Positions 28,647-37,221 of a stretch of DNA of 64,000 bases are shown here, piece by piece (position 1 is the stretch's first letter; every line of letters begins with the position of its first letter). The notes beneath the pieces were generated by a model that had not been told where the DNA came from, ran no database searches, and saw only the letters and a program-made list of their open reading frames with translations. This stretch comes from Candidatus Daviesbacteria bacterium. GTDB taxonomy: Bacteria; Patescibacteriota; Microgenomatia; Daviesbacterales; UBA10151. Made by a program: the position numbers and the translations under genes. The DNA lies in contig JBEPVZ010000003.1 of the NCBI GenBank assembly GCA_041690695.1, forward strand, positions 13,633 to 77,632, read 5' to 3'.

Positions 28647-29746
28647 GCAGGGATTAGATTAGCCTGATTAACCTTAAAGATCTGACAATCTGTCGTTTTA
28701 AGTAAAGTTCTTAAATCGTCATCAAGCTCAACGGCCACCAAAATCGTTTGCTGTAATCCTAAAAGCCTACTAATATGTAGCCTGTGATCATGATCAAGTT
28801 CAGAGAAGATATCATCGAGGAGCATGATTGGCCGAGTCAGTAATTGAGTTTCAATAAAGGCAACTTCTGACAGCTTTAAATCTAAAACCCCCATCCGATG
28901 TTCCCCTCGTGAGCCATAAAGACCTAAATCTTGGTCATTAAAAATAAAGCTAAAGTCATCCCGGTGAGGACCAATTAGCGAGGTCGCGGCCGCAAGCTCT
29001 CGCCCACGGTAATCACGCAACCGCTCTGGAGTAACCAAACTCGGCGCATACTTAAATTGGTAGCTACCAAATTGTCTAGGAGCTTTATTTAAAAAATAAA
29101 ATAACTGTTGTCTTTTTTGACTAATCAGTTGGCCTAACTCGAGTTGCTGCTCAGACCAGAAATCGAGCTCATCGACTTTGGCAAAGCCTTCTTTAATCCG
29201 TTTTAAAACTCGATTTTTCTTAGTCACGACTTCACCATAATGAGTCAAGGCAATTTTATATTTAGGATCAATTTGAGCCAAAGTTAGATCAATATGCCAT
29301 CTCCTCAGAGACGGTGAGCCAGTTACTAAATTAATATCCTCAGGCGAAAATAAGACGACTGACAAATGTCCAATATAGTCAATAACCCGCCGACTAACCC
29401 CGTTAACTTTCATCCGCTTGGCAATTCGGCTACCTTCAAAGTTTGACCCTAACCCGCCAAAAGTAATCTCACCGACTGAACTTGGCATGTTTTGCATAGT
29501 TATTTCGAGGCTAGTCTGATCATCCAAGTGGCCAGTCACCGATAAGCTCGTCTGCTCTTGATTAATTAATTCCTCATCCTTATTGGCTTTTGAAGACTTT
29601 GTGGTCGCTAAAAAATAAATTGATTCTAAAAGATTAGATTTTCCTTGAGCATTGTCCCCAACCAAGATAATGGTCGTAGAAGTAAATTCAAGGTTAAGTT
29701 CAGAATAGTTGCGGAAGTTTTTTAAAGAGAGCTTCTGGAGAAACAT
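28643..29746 (-). CDS. recF: DNA replication/repair protein RecF
   Basis: MFLQKLSLKNFRNY...VGDNAQGKSNLLE Walker A. C-terminal ...LLDDIFSELD signature/Walker B region. Confidence 0.8.
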   Translation of the reverse strand: MFLQKLSLKNFRNYSELNLEFTSTTIILVGDNAQGKSNLLESIYFLATTKSSKANKDEELINQEQTSLSVTGHLDDQTSLEITMQNMPSSVGEITFGGLGSNFEGSRIAKRMKVNGVSRRVIDYIGHLSVVLFSPEDINLVTGSPSLRRWHIDLTLAQIDPKYKIALTHYGEVVTKKNRVLKRIKEGFAKVDELDFWSEQQLELGQLISQKRQQLFYFLNKAPRQFGSYQFKYAPSLVTPERLRDYRGRELAAATSLIGPHRDDFSFIFNDQDLGLYGSRGEHRMGVLDLKLSEVAFIETQLLTRPIMLLDDIFSELDHDHRLHISRLLGLQQTILVAVELDDDLRTLLKTTDCQIFKVNQANLIPA

Positions 29747-29750
29747 ACTA

Positions 29751-31121
29751 TCACCTTTTCCAATGTCCCAATCCCAAAAACTCTCTCCACCGAAATGACA
29801 GATGACGTTCTTCAAAGAAAAAATCGGGTTTAAGCATCATTAAACCCATAATTCCAATTGAACCTCCTAGACCAATAAAGATCGGCATAGGACCAAAAAT
29901 ATCCGCTAAAACCCCCGCAAAGACCACCGGAATAATCGAGACGGTCGCCATCATCATCCCCAAAACTGCAAAAACCTTGCCTCGATCAGCTTCAGGCGTA
30001 TTCTCTTGTAAAACCGTTTGAGAAGGAATGACGATTGCGGCCATGGCCAGTCCGATAAAGAAAGCTCCAATTGCCATCACAAACGATAAAGAAGGCTGAC
30101 TAATGAAAGCTAAGGGCTTAGGATGAGGAAAATAACGGGTCGCTGGGGAGATTAAAGGGGCGATTCCAACTGACAGAAATAATATACCAACTAGTAAGAC
30201 TGATCTTCCGACCAGCTTCCGACGAGCTAACTTCCCCCCGATTCGACCGACAATCAATGCTCCTAAGATCAAACCAACGCCTAATGGGGCAATCAAAACA
30301 TATGAGGCATCTGTAGCACTAATCTGGAGAACACGCTCTAAAAAGGATGGAACAAGGACAGCCAGCACACCAATAATAGCCTGGACACCTGCCAGAATAA
30401 AGATCGACATTGAGACCGGTAAATTGTGCCTAATTAATTTTAAAGTTTTCTTCATCTCCAAAGTCACGATTGGCTTTAAAGTTTCCCATTTGCCAGCTCT
30501 CAAATTTTTAATCAAATTGGGAGTATCTGGCTCTAAACGAGCCACAATTTTAGGGAACCGATTGGCCAGTAAAAATGCCGTTATCAGAAAAACCGATCCA
30601 CCCAAAAAGACGAAGTTAATCCCCCACAAGGCAATAATCGGTCCAGCTAAACCAAACCCAACTAGCATCGTTAAAAATAAAGTTATCGAAAAAAGTGAGT
30701 TGGCTTGAAGAAGTTGATTACGTTTAACAATAATAGCAATAGCTGAAGACTCGGCTGGAATATAAAACTGAGCTAGGGTATTTATAAAAAATGTGACTGC
30801 TAAAATAGCTGGATAGTTGTATTTTAGTAAAATTAAACTAGCGAACCCAAAAGAGAGTAACAGGTCAATTACGACAATAATCTTTTTACGATCAATACTA
30901 TCAACTACCACCCCGGCAAACAGACCAAACAAGACGGCAGGTAAGTAAACTGCAAACAGTAAGGCTGAGACAGCTGTATTTGAGTTAGTTAACCTAAATA
31001 CCCAAATAATTAAAGCAAAGTTAAGACTATTATAAGAAAGCTGAACGAGAATTTGGTTAATCCAGAGATTAGTAAAACCACGACTTTTTATAACTGAGCC
31101 AAAGTCATTTTTTTGAGACAT
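29751..31121 (-). CDS. MFS transporter
   Basis: 456 aa, ~12 predicted TM helices, with the typical MFS loop motif after TM2 (GVVVDSIDRKK). Confidence 0.7.
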   Translation of the reverse strand: MSQKNDFGSVIKSRGFTNLWINQILVQLSYNSLNFALIIWVFRLTNSNTAVSALLFAVYLPAVLFGLFAGVVVDSIDRKKIIVVIDLLLSFGFASLILLKYNYPAILAVTFFINTLAQFYIPAESSAIAIIVKRNQLLQANSLFSITLFLTMLVGFGLAGPIIALWGINFVFLGGSVFLITAFLLANRFPKIVARLEPDTPNLIKNLRAGKWETLKPIVTLEMKKTLKLIRHNLPVSMSIFILAGVQAIIGVLAVLVPSFLERVLQISATDASYVLIAPLGVGLILGALIVGRIGGKLARRKLVGRSVLLVGILFLSVGIAPLISPATRYFPHPKPLAFISQPSLSFVMAIGAFFIGLAMAAIVIPSQTVLQENTPEADRGKVFAVLGMMMATVSIIPVVFAGVLADIFGPMPIFIGLGGSIGIMGLMMLKPDFFFEERHLSFRWREFLGLGHWKR

Positions 31122-31141
31122 CTAGGAAGGTATTATAGCAG

Positions 31142-31990
31142 CTAATTTTGGCAGTTTTCACAATAGAAAGTTCCCCTACCACCTAAAGAGACTCTTTTAA
31201 TTTGAGAATCACAATTCCGACATTTTTGACCAGCCCGGCTATAAACATAGGCATAATCTAAAAAGTAACCCCGACCGCCAGCCACGTTAACATAATGAGT
31301 TTTTGATGAGCCACCATGCTTAATCCCTAAACTTAAGACCTTAATAATGGCTTTATGAATCTTTTTAAAATCATCATCCGTCAGATCTCCGACCTTTTTA
31401 TGTGGGTCTAATTTAGCATCAAAACAAGCCTCACAAGCATAAATATTGCCAACTCCGGCAACGGTTGTTTGATCTAAAATTGCGACTTTAATGGCCAGAG
31501 TTTTATGACGAAGCAAGTTTTTCTTGAGGGTTTGCCAGCTAAAACCCTTTTCAAGTGGTTCAGGACCAAGTTTTTTAATAAATGAAAATTCCCCCACTTC
31601 TGCAGTCGGGAGGATTTTCACCCAGCCAAATTTCCGTTGATCGTTAAAAAAGATCTTTGAACCATCTTCAAGCTCAAAAATAACTCGTGTCGATTTGTTG
31701 GGCATGTCGGAAGTCATATCTTTAGTCGGGTGTCCTCCCCCAAAATCTTCATAACCACGATAGATAATCTGACCTGACATTTTGAGATGAAATAATAAAC
31801 TCATGCGACCTAGATTTATGATTAATACCTTAGCTTTTCTATCAATACTGAGTACTCTTTGTATCTTTACCTCTTCAGGGTCACCGATGAAAGATTTAGG
31901 GTTTAATATCGTGATATTGGTAATAGTTTGGCCAATAATCCGACTTTGGAGGCCAAGTCGAATAGTTTCAACTTCAGGCAGCTCTGGCAT
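31142..31990 (-). CDS. mutM: Formamidopyrimidine-DNA glycosylase
   Basis: N-terminal MPELPEVE (catalytic Pro2/Glu3). C-terminal zinc finger CRNCDSQIKRVSLGGRGTFYCENC. Confidence 0.85.
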   Translation of the reverse strand: MPELPEVETIRLGLQSRIIGQTITNITILNPKSFIGDPEEVKIQRVLSIDRKAKVLIINLGRMSLLFHLKMSGQIIYRGYEDFGGGHPTKDMTSDMPNKSTRVIFELEDGSKIFFNDQRKFGWVKILPTAEVGEFSFIKKLGPEPLEKGFSWQTLKKNLLRHKTLAIKVAILDQTTVAGVGNIYACEACFDAKLDPHKKVGDLTDDDFKKIHKAIIKVLSLGIKHGGSSKTHYVNVAGGRGYFLDYAYVYSRAGQKCRNCDSQIKRVSLGGRGTFYCENCQN

Positions 31991-32081
31991 GCAGAAAATT
32001 CTAACACACTTTAGTCTGCCACATCGGAGGTGGGAAGCTAAATAATTTGCTATCTAACTATTATAGGTCTATAATACGCAC

Positions 32082-32486
32082 ATGGAAATTAGTCGAGGAC
32101 AATTTATAACAAAAGCTGCTGGCCTAGTTGCCGGTTCATCTTTATTACAACAATCAGTCGAAGCAAATGAAACTCGTGGCGGTGGATCAAAGTCCCTAGA
32201 AATCTTAACGGAAGCCCTTGATTATAGCCCGGCATCCTCTTTAAAGCAGCTCGCCAGAGCAAGTGTCACTGACTATTATGGGGGTCATCCTAATAGTGTC
32301 ATTGTCAGAGGTGGGGTCAAAATTATGGTTCAACAACCAAAATTAATAATTTCAAATCAAGTAATCCAAGATGCACCAAATACTTATCGAGGTGGTGAAT
32401 ATCAGATCAGACATACTGATCCAGCCGTAAAATTGTTACATCCCCGTCAAAACTTGAGACTTTACCTACCTATGAAGATTTTTTAA
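32082..32486 (+). CDS. Hypothetical protein (134 aa)
   Basis: ORF only. A +1 frame opens at 32420 and runs into the next ORF, so the two may be one gene. Confidence 0.3.
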   Translation: MEISRGQFITKAAGLVAGSSLLQQSVEANETRGGGSKSLEILTEALDYSPASSLKQLARASVTDYYGGHPNSVIVRGGVKIMVQQPKLIISNQVIQDAPNTYRGGEYQIRHTDPAVKLLHPRQNLRLYLPMKIF

Positions 32487-32644
32487 CAGATAGTGAACGT
32501 CGAAAGTATTCACAACCAGTTGTTTCTGTTCCAGTCATATTTCCAAAAGCAGTAGGTCTTCAACTCGGATTAGAACCTGAGATTGTAATCTATAACATCT
32601 CAAACGGAAATCAAGACCAATCGCAAACATATAACCAATTTAGT

Positions 32645-33088
32645 TTGCTTAAAGAGATATATACCTTAACCGCACTTGATTTATGGATGGAAAAAGCAGT
32701 CGCAGAGATGGCGCAGATTCATGAGAGACCTGTTACTGAATTAATAATGTCAAATGGATTGTCTAAACAAGCTGAATTAGTCAGCTCAGCAATTAACGAG
32801 ATGTACGATCGACAACATCGATTTGTAGCAGGAATCGATTTAGCAGGCTACTTATTAACTTTTAAAGCACTCCAAAATACTCCATTGCTTGAAAAGGTTC
32901 GCTACTATGATCCTAATATTCGATCAGTAACTGATAAGACAAAACAACTTAATTTAACTGACGATCCTAATCAAATTATCTCTAGAGCGCTACATTGGGT
33001 TATCAATAACCCGGCTGCTCGAGTCCTCCACTATCATGGAGATATAAATCAATTAGTACTTAATGAAAATGAACGATTAGTAGCTTAA
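32645..33088 (+). CDS. Hypothetical protein (147 aa, TTG start)
   Basis: ORF only. Its frame is open upstream to 32420 without a canonical start. Confidence 0.3.
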   Translation: MLKEIYTLTALDLWMEKAVAEMAQIHERPVTELIMSNGLSKQAELVSSAINEMYDRQHRFVAGIDLAGYLLTFKALQNTPLLEKVRYYDPNIRSVTDKTKQLNLTDDPNQIISRALHWVINNPAARVLHYHGDINQLVLNENERLVA

Positions 33089-34183
33089 GTTTTTATCGAT
33101 TAAAGCTAATATCTCTTTTTTAAATCTCTCTTTCGAAAACTTTTCGGCATTCTTAATACAATCCTCTGCCTTATATTTAGTCTGATCAAAGTCAGTTAAT
33201 ACTTCTGATAATGAATCAATGGTCGCTTCTTTGAAAAATTCACCTGTTTTGCCTGGAATAACCGTCTCGAGATAGCCACCAGCTTTGACTGCTATAACTG
33301 GAATACCGGCCGCTTGGGCTTCAACAGCAGTTATTCCAAAATCTTCGTCTTCCGAAGCTACAATTAAAGCTTTAGCACCATGATAAAGCTTAATTCGCTC
33401 CTCATCGGTAACTTCACCGACAAATTCGACCGTCTTGCCAGCCAATTTCTTGAGTCGCTCGAGTTCTGGCCCACCACCAGCCACTTTAAGCGGAACGTTC
33501 AATGCTGTACAAGCTTGAACTGTTATATCAGTCCCCTTCCCCCGAACCAGCCGATTCAAACTCAGAAAATATTTCTTTTCGCCTAGTTCCTTATTCTTCG
33601 TTCCTAGTTCTGCCACTTCCACTGGTGGATAGATAACGACTGAATCCCGCCTGTAGAACTTCTTAATTCGAGCTTGAACATTCTTGGAGTTGGCAATTAA
33701 GATATCTGGCCTTTGGGAAGTTTCAAAATCATAAATCCGTAAAAAGTGATTCATTAACTCCCCAATCACCCGAGTTAAGAAATGTTTTTTATAATTAAAT
33801 GAAGTTGTGTAGCCATATAAATAACGTGGCGGGGTGTGAATATAACTTAAATGCAAGGCTTCAGGTTTAGTAATAACCGCCTTTGAAAAATAAATTGAAC
33901 AAGACGAGATGACAACGTCATACTCGGTCAAATTAAAACTCTCGAAGATTGATGGGGCAAAGATTCGAAATGGTGATAATAACTTGTTGGCACCAGGAAA
34001 CTTTTGTAACCATGAAGTTCGGATATCCCATTTTTTAATTCGGTCAGCATGTGGACCCAAACCAGCTAAGTTTAAATAAGCGGTATAAACGGGGGCCTCT
34101 GGGAAAATTTCATGGAGAGTCTCCAAAACCCTCTCTGCTCCCCCATATTCCCTTAAATAGTCATGTATTAATGCAACTTTCAT
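33077..34183 (-). CDS. Glycosyltransferase, GT4/GT1 family
   Basis: C-terminal motif GEVTDEERIKLYHGAKALIVASEDEDFGITAVEAQAAGIPVIA (E-x7-E). Confidence 0.8.
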   Translation of the reverse strand: MKVALIHDYLREYGGAERVLETLHEIFPEAPVYTAYLNLAGLGPHADRIKKWDIRTSWLQKFPGANKLLSPFRIFAPSIFESFNLTEYDVVISSCSIYFSKAVITKPEALHLSYIHTPPRYLYGYTTSFNYKKHFLTRVIGELMNHFLRIYDFETSQRPDILIANSKNVQARIKKFYRRDSVVIYPPVEVAELGTKNKELGEKKYFLSLNRLVRGKGTDITVQACTALNVPLKVAGGGPELERLKKLAGKTVEFVGEVTDEERIKLYHGAKALIVASEDEDFGITAVEAQAAGIPVIAVKAGGYLETVIPGKTGEFFKEATIDSLSEVLTDFDQTKYKAEDCIKNAEKFSKERFKKEILALIDKNLSY

Positions 34184-34192
34184 AACCTACTA

Positions 34193-34270
34193 CTGTCATC
34201 CCTGCGAAAGCAGGGATCCAATTAAAAACTTAACTATTTATATAGATTCCCGCCTACGCGGGAATGACAG
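34193..34270. repeat. Inverted pair of ~26-nt hairpin-forming elements flanking an AT-rich spacer in a divergent promoter region
   Basis: CTGTCATCCCTGCGAAAGCAGGGATC (34193-34218) and GATTCCCGCCTACGCGGGAATGACAG (34246-34270). Each is an 8-bp hairpin, and the two are near reverse complements of each other. The spacer contains TATATA. Confidence 0.7.
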
Positions 34271-34331
34271 AAGTGAGATTAGTATATAGTATTTGGTATT
34301 TAGGGTCACCTTAGTTTAAAATAGTTAGGTT

Positions 34332-35276
34332 ATGGATTTCTCCCTAGTTGCTAAAGATGTCGTTAAACATTACCCCAAGGCTTCAGTCAACGCCGTTGAT
34401 GGGATAAATCTCGAGGTTAAAACTGGTGAGATCTATGGATTCCTAGGCCCAAATGGGGCTGGTAAGTCAACCGCCATCAAGATGTTCGTGACTACCCTAT
34501 TCCCGACTTCAGGTCAGATCCTAGTTGATGGCTTAGATCCGAAGAAAGATTCGAATAAGGTTCGCCAACAAATTGGGGTGGTTTATCAAAGTGTCAGTTT
34601 AGATGAGAATTTAACGGCTGAAGAAAATTTAAGATCTCACGCCGTTTTATATAACATAACTGGTTTTGCCTTAACTTACAAAGCTACCAGTCCTAAATAC
34701 AAAAAGCGACTGGATGAGGTTTTAACACTAGTTGATCTGGCTGATAAAAAGTTTGATATTGTCAAAACCTTTAGCGGAGGAATGAAAAGACGGCTCGATA
34801 TTGCTAAAGCTTTGCTTCATTTTCCGAAAGTTTTATTTTTAGATGAACCGACGACGGGGCTTGATCCTCAAAGCCGCAAAGCGGTTTGGGAATATCTGAC
34901 AACTCTTCAAAAACAACACAGTTTTACAGTTTTTTTAACCACTCAGTACCTGGAAGAAGCTGAGATTTGTAACCGAATTAGTATTATTGACCATGGCAAG
35001 ATCCTTGTCACCGATACCCCAGCTAATTTAAAGAAGAGTGTCGGTGAAGAGCTTCTTTACTTAAAACCAGCCAAGAAAGAAGCTTTGGAAGCTGAGTTAA
35101 ATAAGCATGACATTGCCTTTTCAGTCGACAGTTTTGGGGATTATATTATTGATTTAAAGCACAAGAAAGCTCAAGATATTTTGCGATTAATCAAATGCGA
35201 TTTAGAAGAGATTAATATTAAAAAACCATCGTTAGATGATGTTTTTATTAAGTACACTGGAAGGAAAATAGAATGA
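34332..35276 (+). CDS. ABC transporter ATP-binding protein
   Basis: Walker A GPNGAGKST, signature LSGGMKRRLDIAKAL, Walker B LFLDEPTTGLD. Confidence 0.85.
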   Translation: MDFSLVAKDVVKHYPKASVNAVDGINLEVKTGEIYGFLGPNGAGKSTAIKMFVTTLFPTSGQILVDGLDPKKDSNKVRQQIGVVYQSVSLDENLTAEENLRSHAVLYNITGFALTYKATSPKYKKRLDEVLTLVDLADKKFDIVKTFSGGMKRRLDIAKALLHFPKVLFLDEPTTGLDPQSRKAVWEYLTTLQKQHSFTVFLTTQYLEEAEICNRISIIDHGKILVTDTPANLKKSVGEELLYLKPAKKEALEAELNKHDIAFSVDSFGDYIIDLKHKKAQDILRLIKCDLEEINIKKPSLDDVFIKYTGRKIE

Positions 35277-36055
35277 ATGAACTAAACAAAACTTTAACTC
35301 TTGCCCAACGCGATTTAATGAAGTTCTTGCGTGATCGTGGTCGAATTGTGGCGACTTTTATCTTTCCAATTATTTTTATCGGGGTATTTGGGGTAACTTT
35401 GAATGCTGGACTTGGCAAATATAACTTAGGTTTTAGCTATATTGATTACGTCTTTGCCGGCATGCTTTTACAAACCGTTTTCCAAAGCAGCTTTGCCGGT
35501 ATTACTTCCCTATTACTAGATCGAGAGAAAGATTTTTCGATGAGTATTTTCGTTGCACCAGTCTCGCGCTATTCAATTGTCTTGGGAAAAATCCTGGGCG
35601 AAAGTTTAGTCAGCTTTTTACAACTGTTCGGCATTATCTTGTTTGGTAAGCTGATTGGAGTCAGTTTTGGTTTTGATAAATTATTACTGGCTCTACCAGT
35701 TTGTTTACTCGGTTGTATCGTTGGAGCTAGTTTTGGAATTTTGGTCGCCAGTCGGATTAGCAAAGCTGATAACGCTCAGAGAATCTTTCCTTTTTTGGTT
35801 TTTCCAATGATCTTTTTAAGTGGAGCCTTTACCCCAGTTAATAATTTACCCTGGTTTTTAAATATCTTAAAAGAGATTAATCCGATTTATTATGGAGTGG
35901 ATATGATCAGAAATGTTTTATTTGCTGGGACAGCTGCTCTACCGCTTGTTACTTCAAACACCTTCTTGTTTGATTTAACAGTTTTCAGCGTTTTGGGAGT
36001 AGTCTTCTTTATTGTCGGAACATTTCTGTTTACTCAAAAAGAGGGCAATCGATAA
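35273..36055 (+). CDS. ABC-2 type transporter permease
   Basis: 260 aa with 6 TM helices. The start overlaps the stop of the ATPase gene (ATGA). Confidence 0.7.
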   Translation: MNELNKTLTLAQRDLMKFLRDRGRIVATFIFPIIFIGVFGVTLNAGLGKYNLGFSYIDYVFAGMLLQTVFQSSFAGITSLLLDREKDFSMSIFVAPVSRYSIVLGKILGESLVSFLQLFGIILFGKLIGVSFGFDKLLLALPVCLLGCIVGASFGILVASRISKADNAQRIFPFLVFPMIFLSGAFTPVNNLPWFLNILKEINPIYYGVDMIRNVLFAGTAALPLVTSNTFLFDLTVFSVLGVVFFIVGTFLFTQKEGNR

Positions 36056-36153
36056 TGAACAGTTCTCATCCTTATTACTGGGTACACCAGATAATCGCTT
36101 TACGAGTCTTTCTCTTTGTCCTCGTTTTAGTATTTATAATAACAATTGTCTGG

Positions 36154-37170
36154 TTATTGACCCGTCACAGAAAATAGAGTTTTTTCGATCGCCGCCAGTA
36201 ATTCTTTCTTGGATTCTTCAAATGGTTTAGTTAACATCGCCCCAGCGGCCCCTTTATGCCCACCACCACCGATTGATGTCGCCAATTTTGATAGATCATA
36301 TTTTTCACTATCTTGAGTTCGCATGCTGATCGCAATCATATTTGGTTCTTTTTCAACAAAACTAATCCCAATCTCCCAGCCGACCACTTCAATTAAATGA
36401 CTCGACATACCACTCTTTTCGGTGTATTGGCTATCAATTTTAAGTTCTTTTAATTTGTGATACGGAATCTCGATGATCGCAACTTTATCATCAAAATAGT
36501 TTTGAATTGAGTTTAAAGCCAGCGCTTCAAACCGCAATTGAGCAGGCTCTTTAGTCGCTTCCATCTTAGCAATCAATTTAGGAAAGTCAGGATTGATCTT
36601 AGCTAACGCGGAGGCAGCTTCGAAAGTTTCAGAGGTGACGCCTGAAAACTTAAACAATGAATCGCTATAAATTCCCACCAATAGACAAGCGGCAGCCTCT
36701 TTACTAATCTCAACTCCCCAATTACTGACAACATCAAAAATCAGTTGAGCATTGGCCGGATAGTTACTATCGACTAAATTAAGTTGGCCAAAGCCTAAAT
36801 TACTAGAATGATGATCTATGACGATCGTTTTTAAATGATCTGGAAATTTAACCTCCTCAAGTCGAGAGACCATCTCTTTAGTTGAGCTATCCATAATAAT
36901 GAAGAGGTCAAACTTTGATAAATCGGTTTCACCATAATTTTTGAGGATAATCTGATCCGCGCCAGGTAAAATTTGGAGGTTGATTGGCAATTTTGAATCT
37001 CCCCCAATAACGGTGGCTTTTTTACCCATGGCTTGCAAAATATGCATTAAGCCGAGCGCTCCCCCAGCCGAATCACCATCTGGGCTTGGGTGAAGATGTA
37101 AAAGAATACTATTTGATTGTTTAATTGTCTCAAGAATTTGGGGAGCTAGCTGATGAACTTTTTCAGACAT
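36154..37170 (-). CDS. DHH/DHHA1 phosphoesterase (NrnA-like nanoRNase/pAp phosphatase)
   Basis: HPSPDGDSAGG, VIDHHSSN (DHH) and GGGHKGAAGA (DHHA1 GGGH) motifs. Confidence 0.8.
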   Translation of the reverse strand: MSEKVHQLAPQILETIKQSNSILLHLHPSPDGDSAGGALGLMHILQAMGKKATVIGGDSKLPINLQILPGADQIILKNYGETDLSKFDLFIIMDSSTKEMVSRLEEVKFPDHLKTIVIDHHSSNLGFGQLNLVDSNYPANAQLIFDVVSNWGVEISKEAAACLLVGIYSDSLFKFSGVTSETFEAASALAKINPDFPKLIAKMEATKEPAQLRFEALALNSIQNYFDDKVAIIEIPYHKLKELKIDSQYTEKSGMSSHLIEVVGWEIGISFVEKEPNMIAISMRTQDSEKYDLSKLATSIGGGGHKGAAGAMLTKPFEESKKELLAAIEKTLFSVTGQ

Positions 37171-37221
37171 AAAGGTGATTATAGCGTATTAGGTATGGTA
37201 AAGTTATAAAGAGAAACTGCC

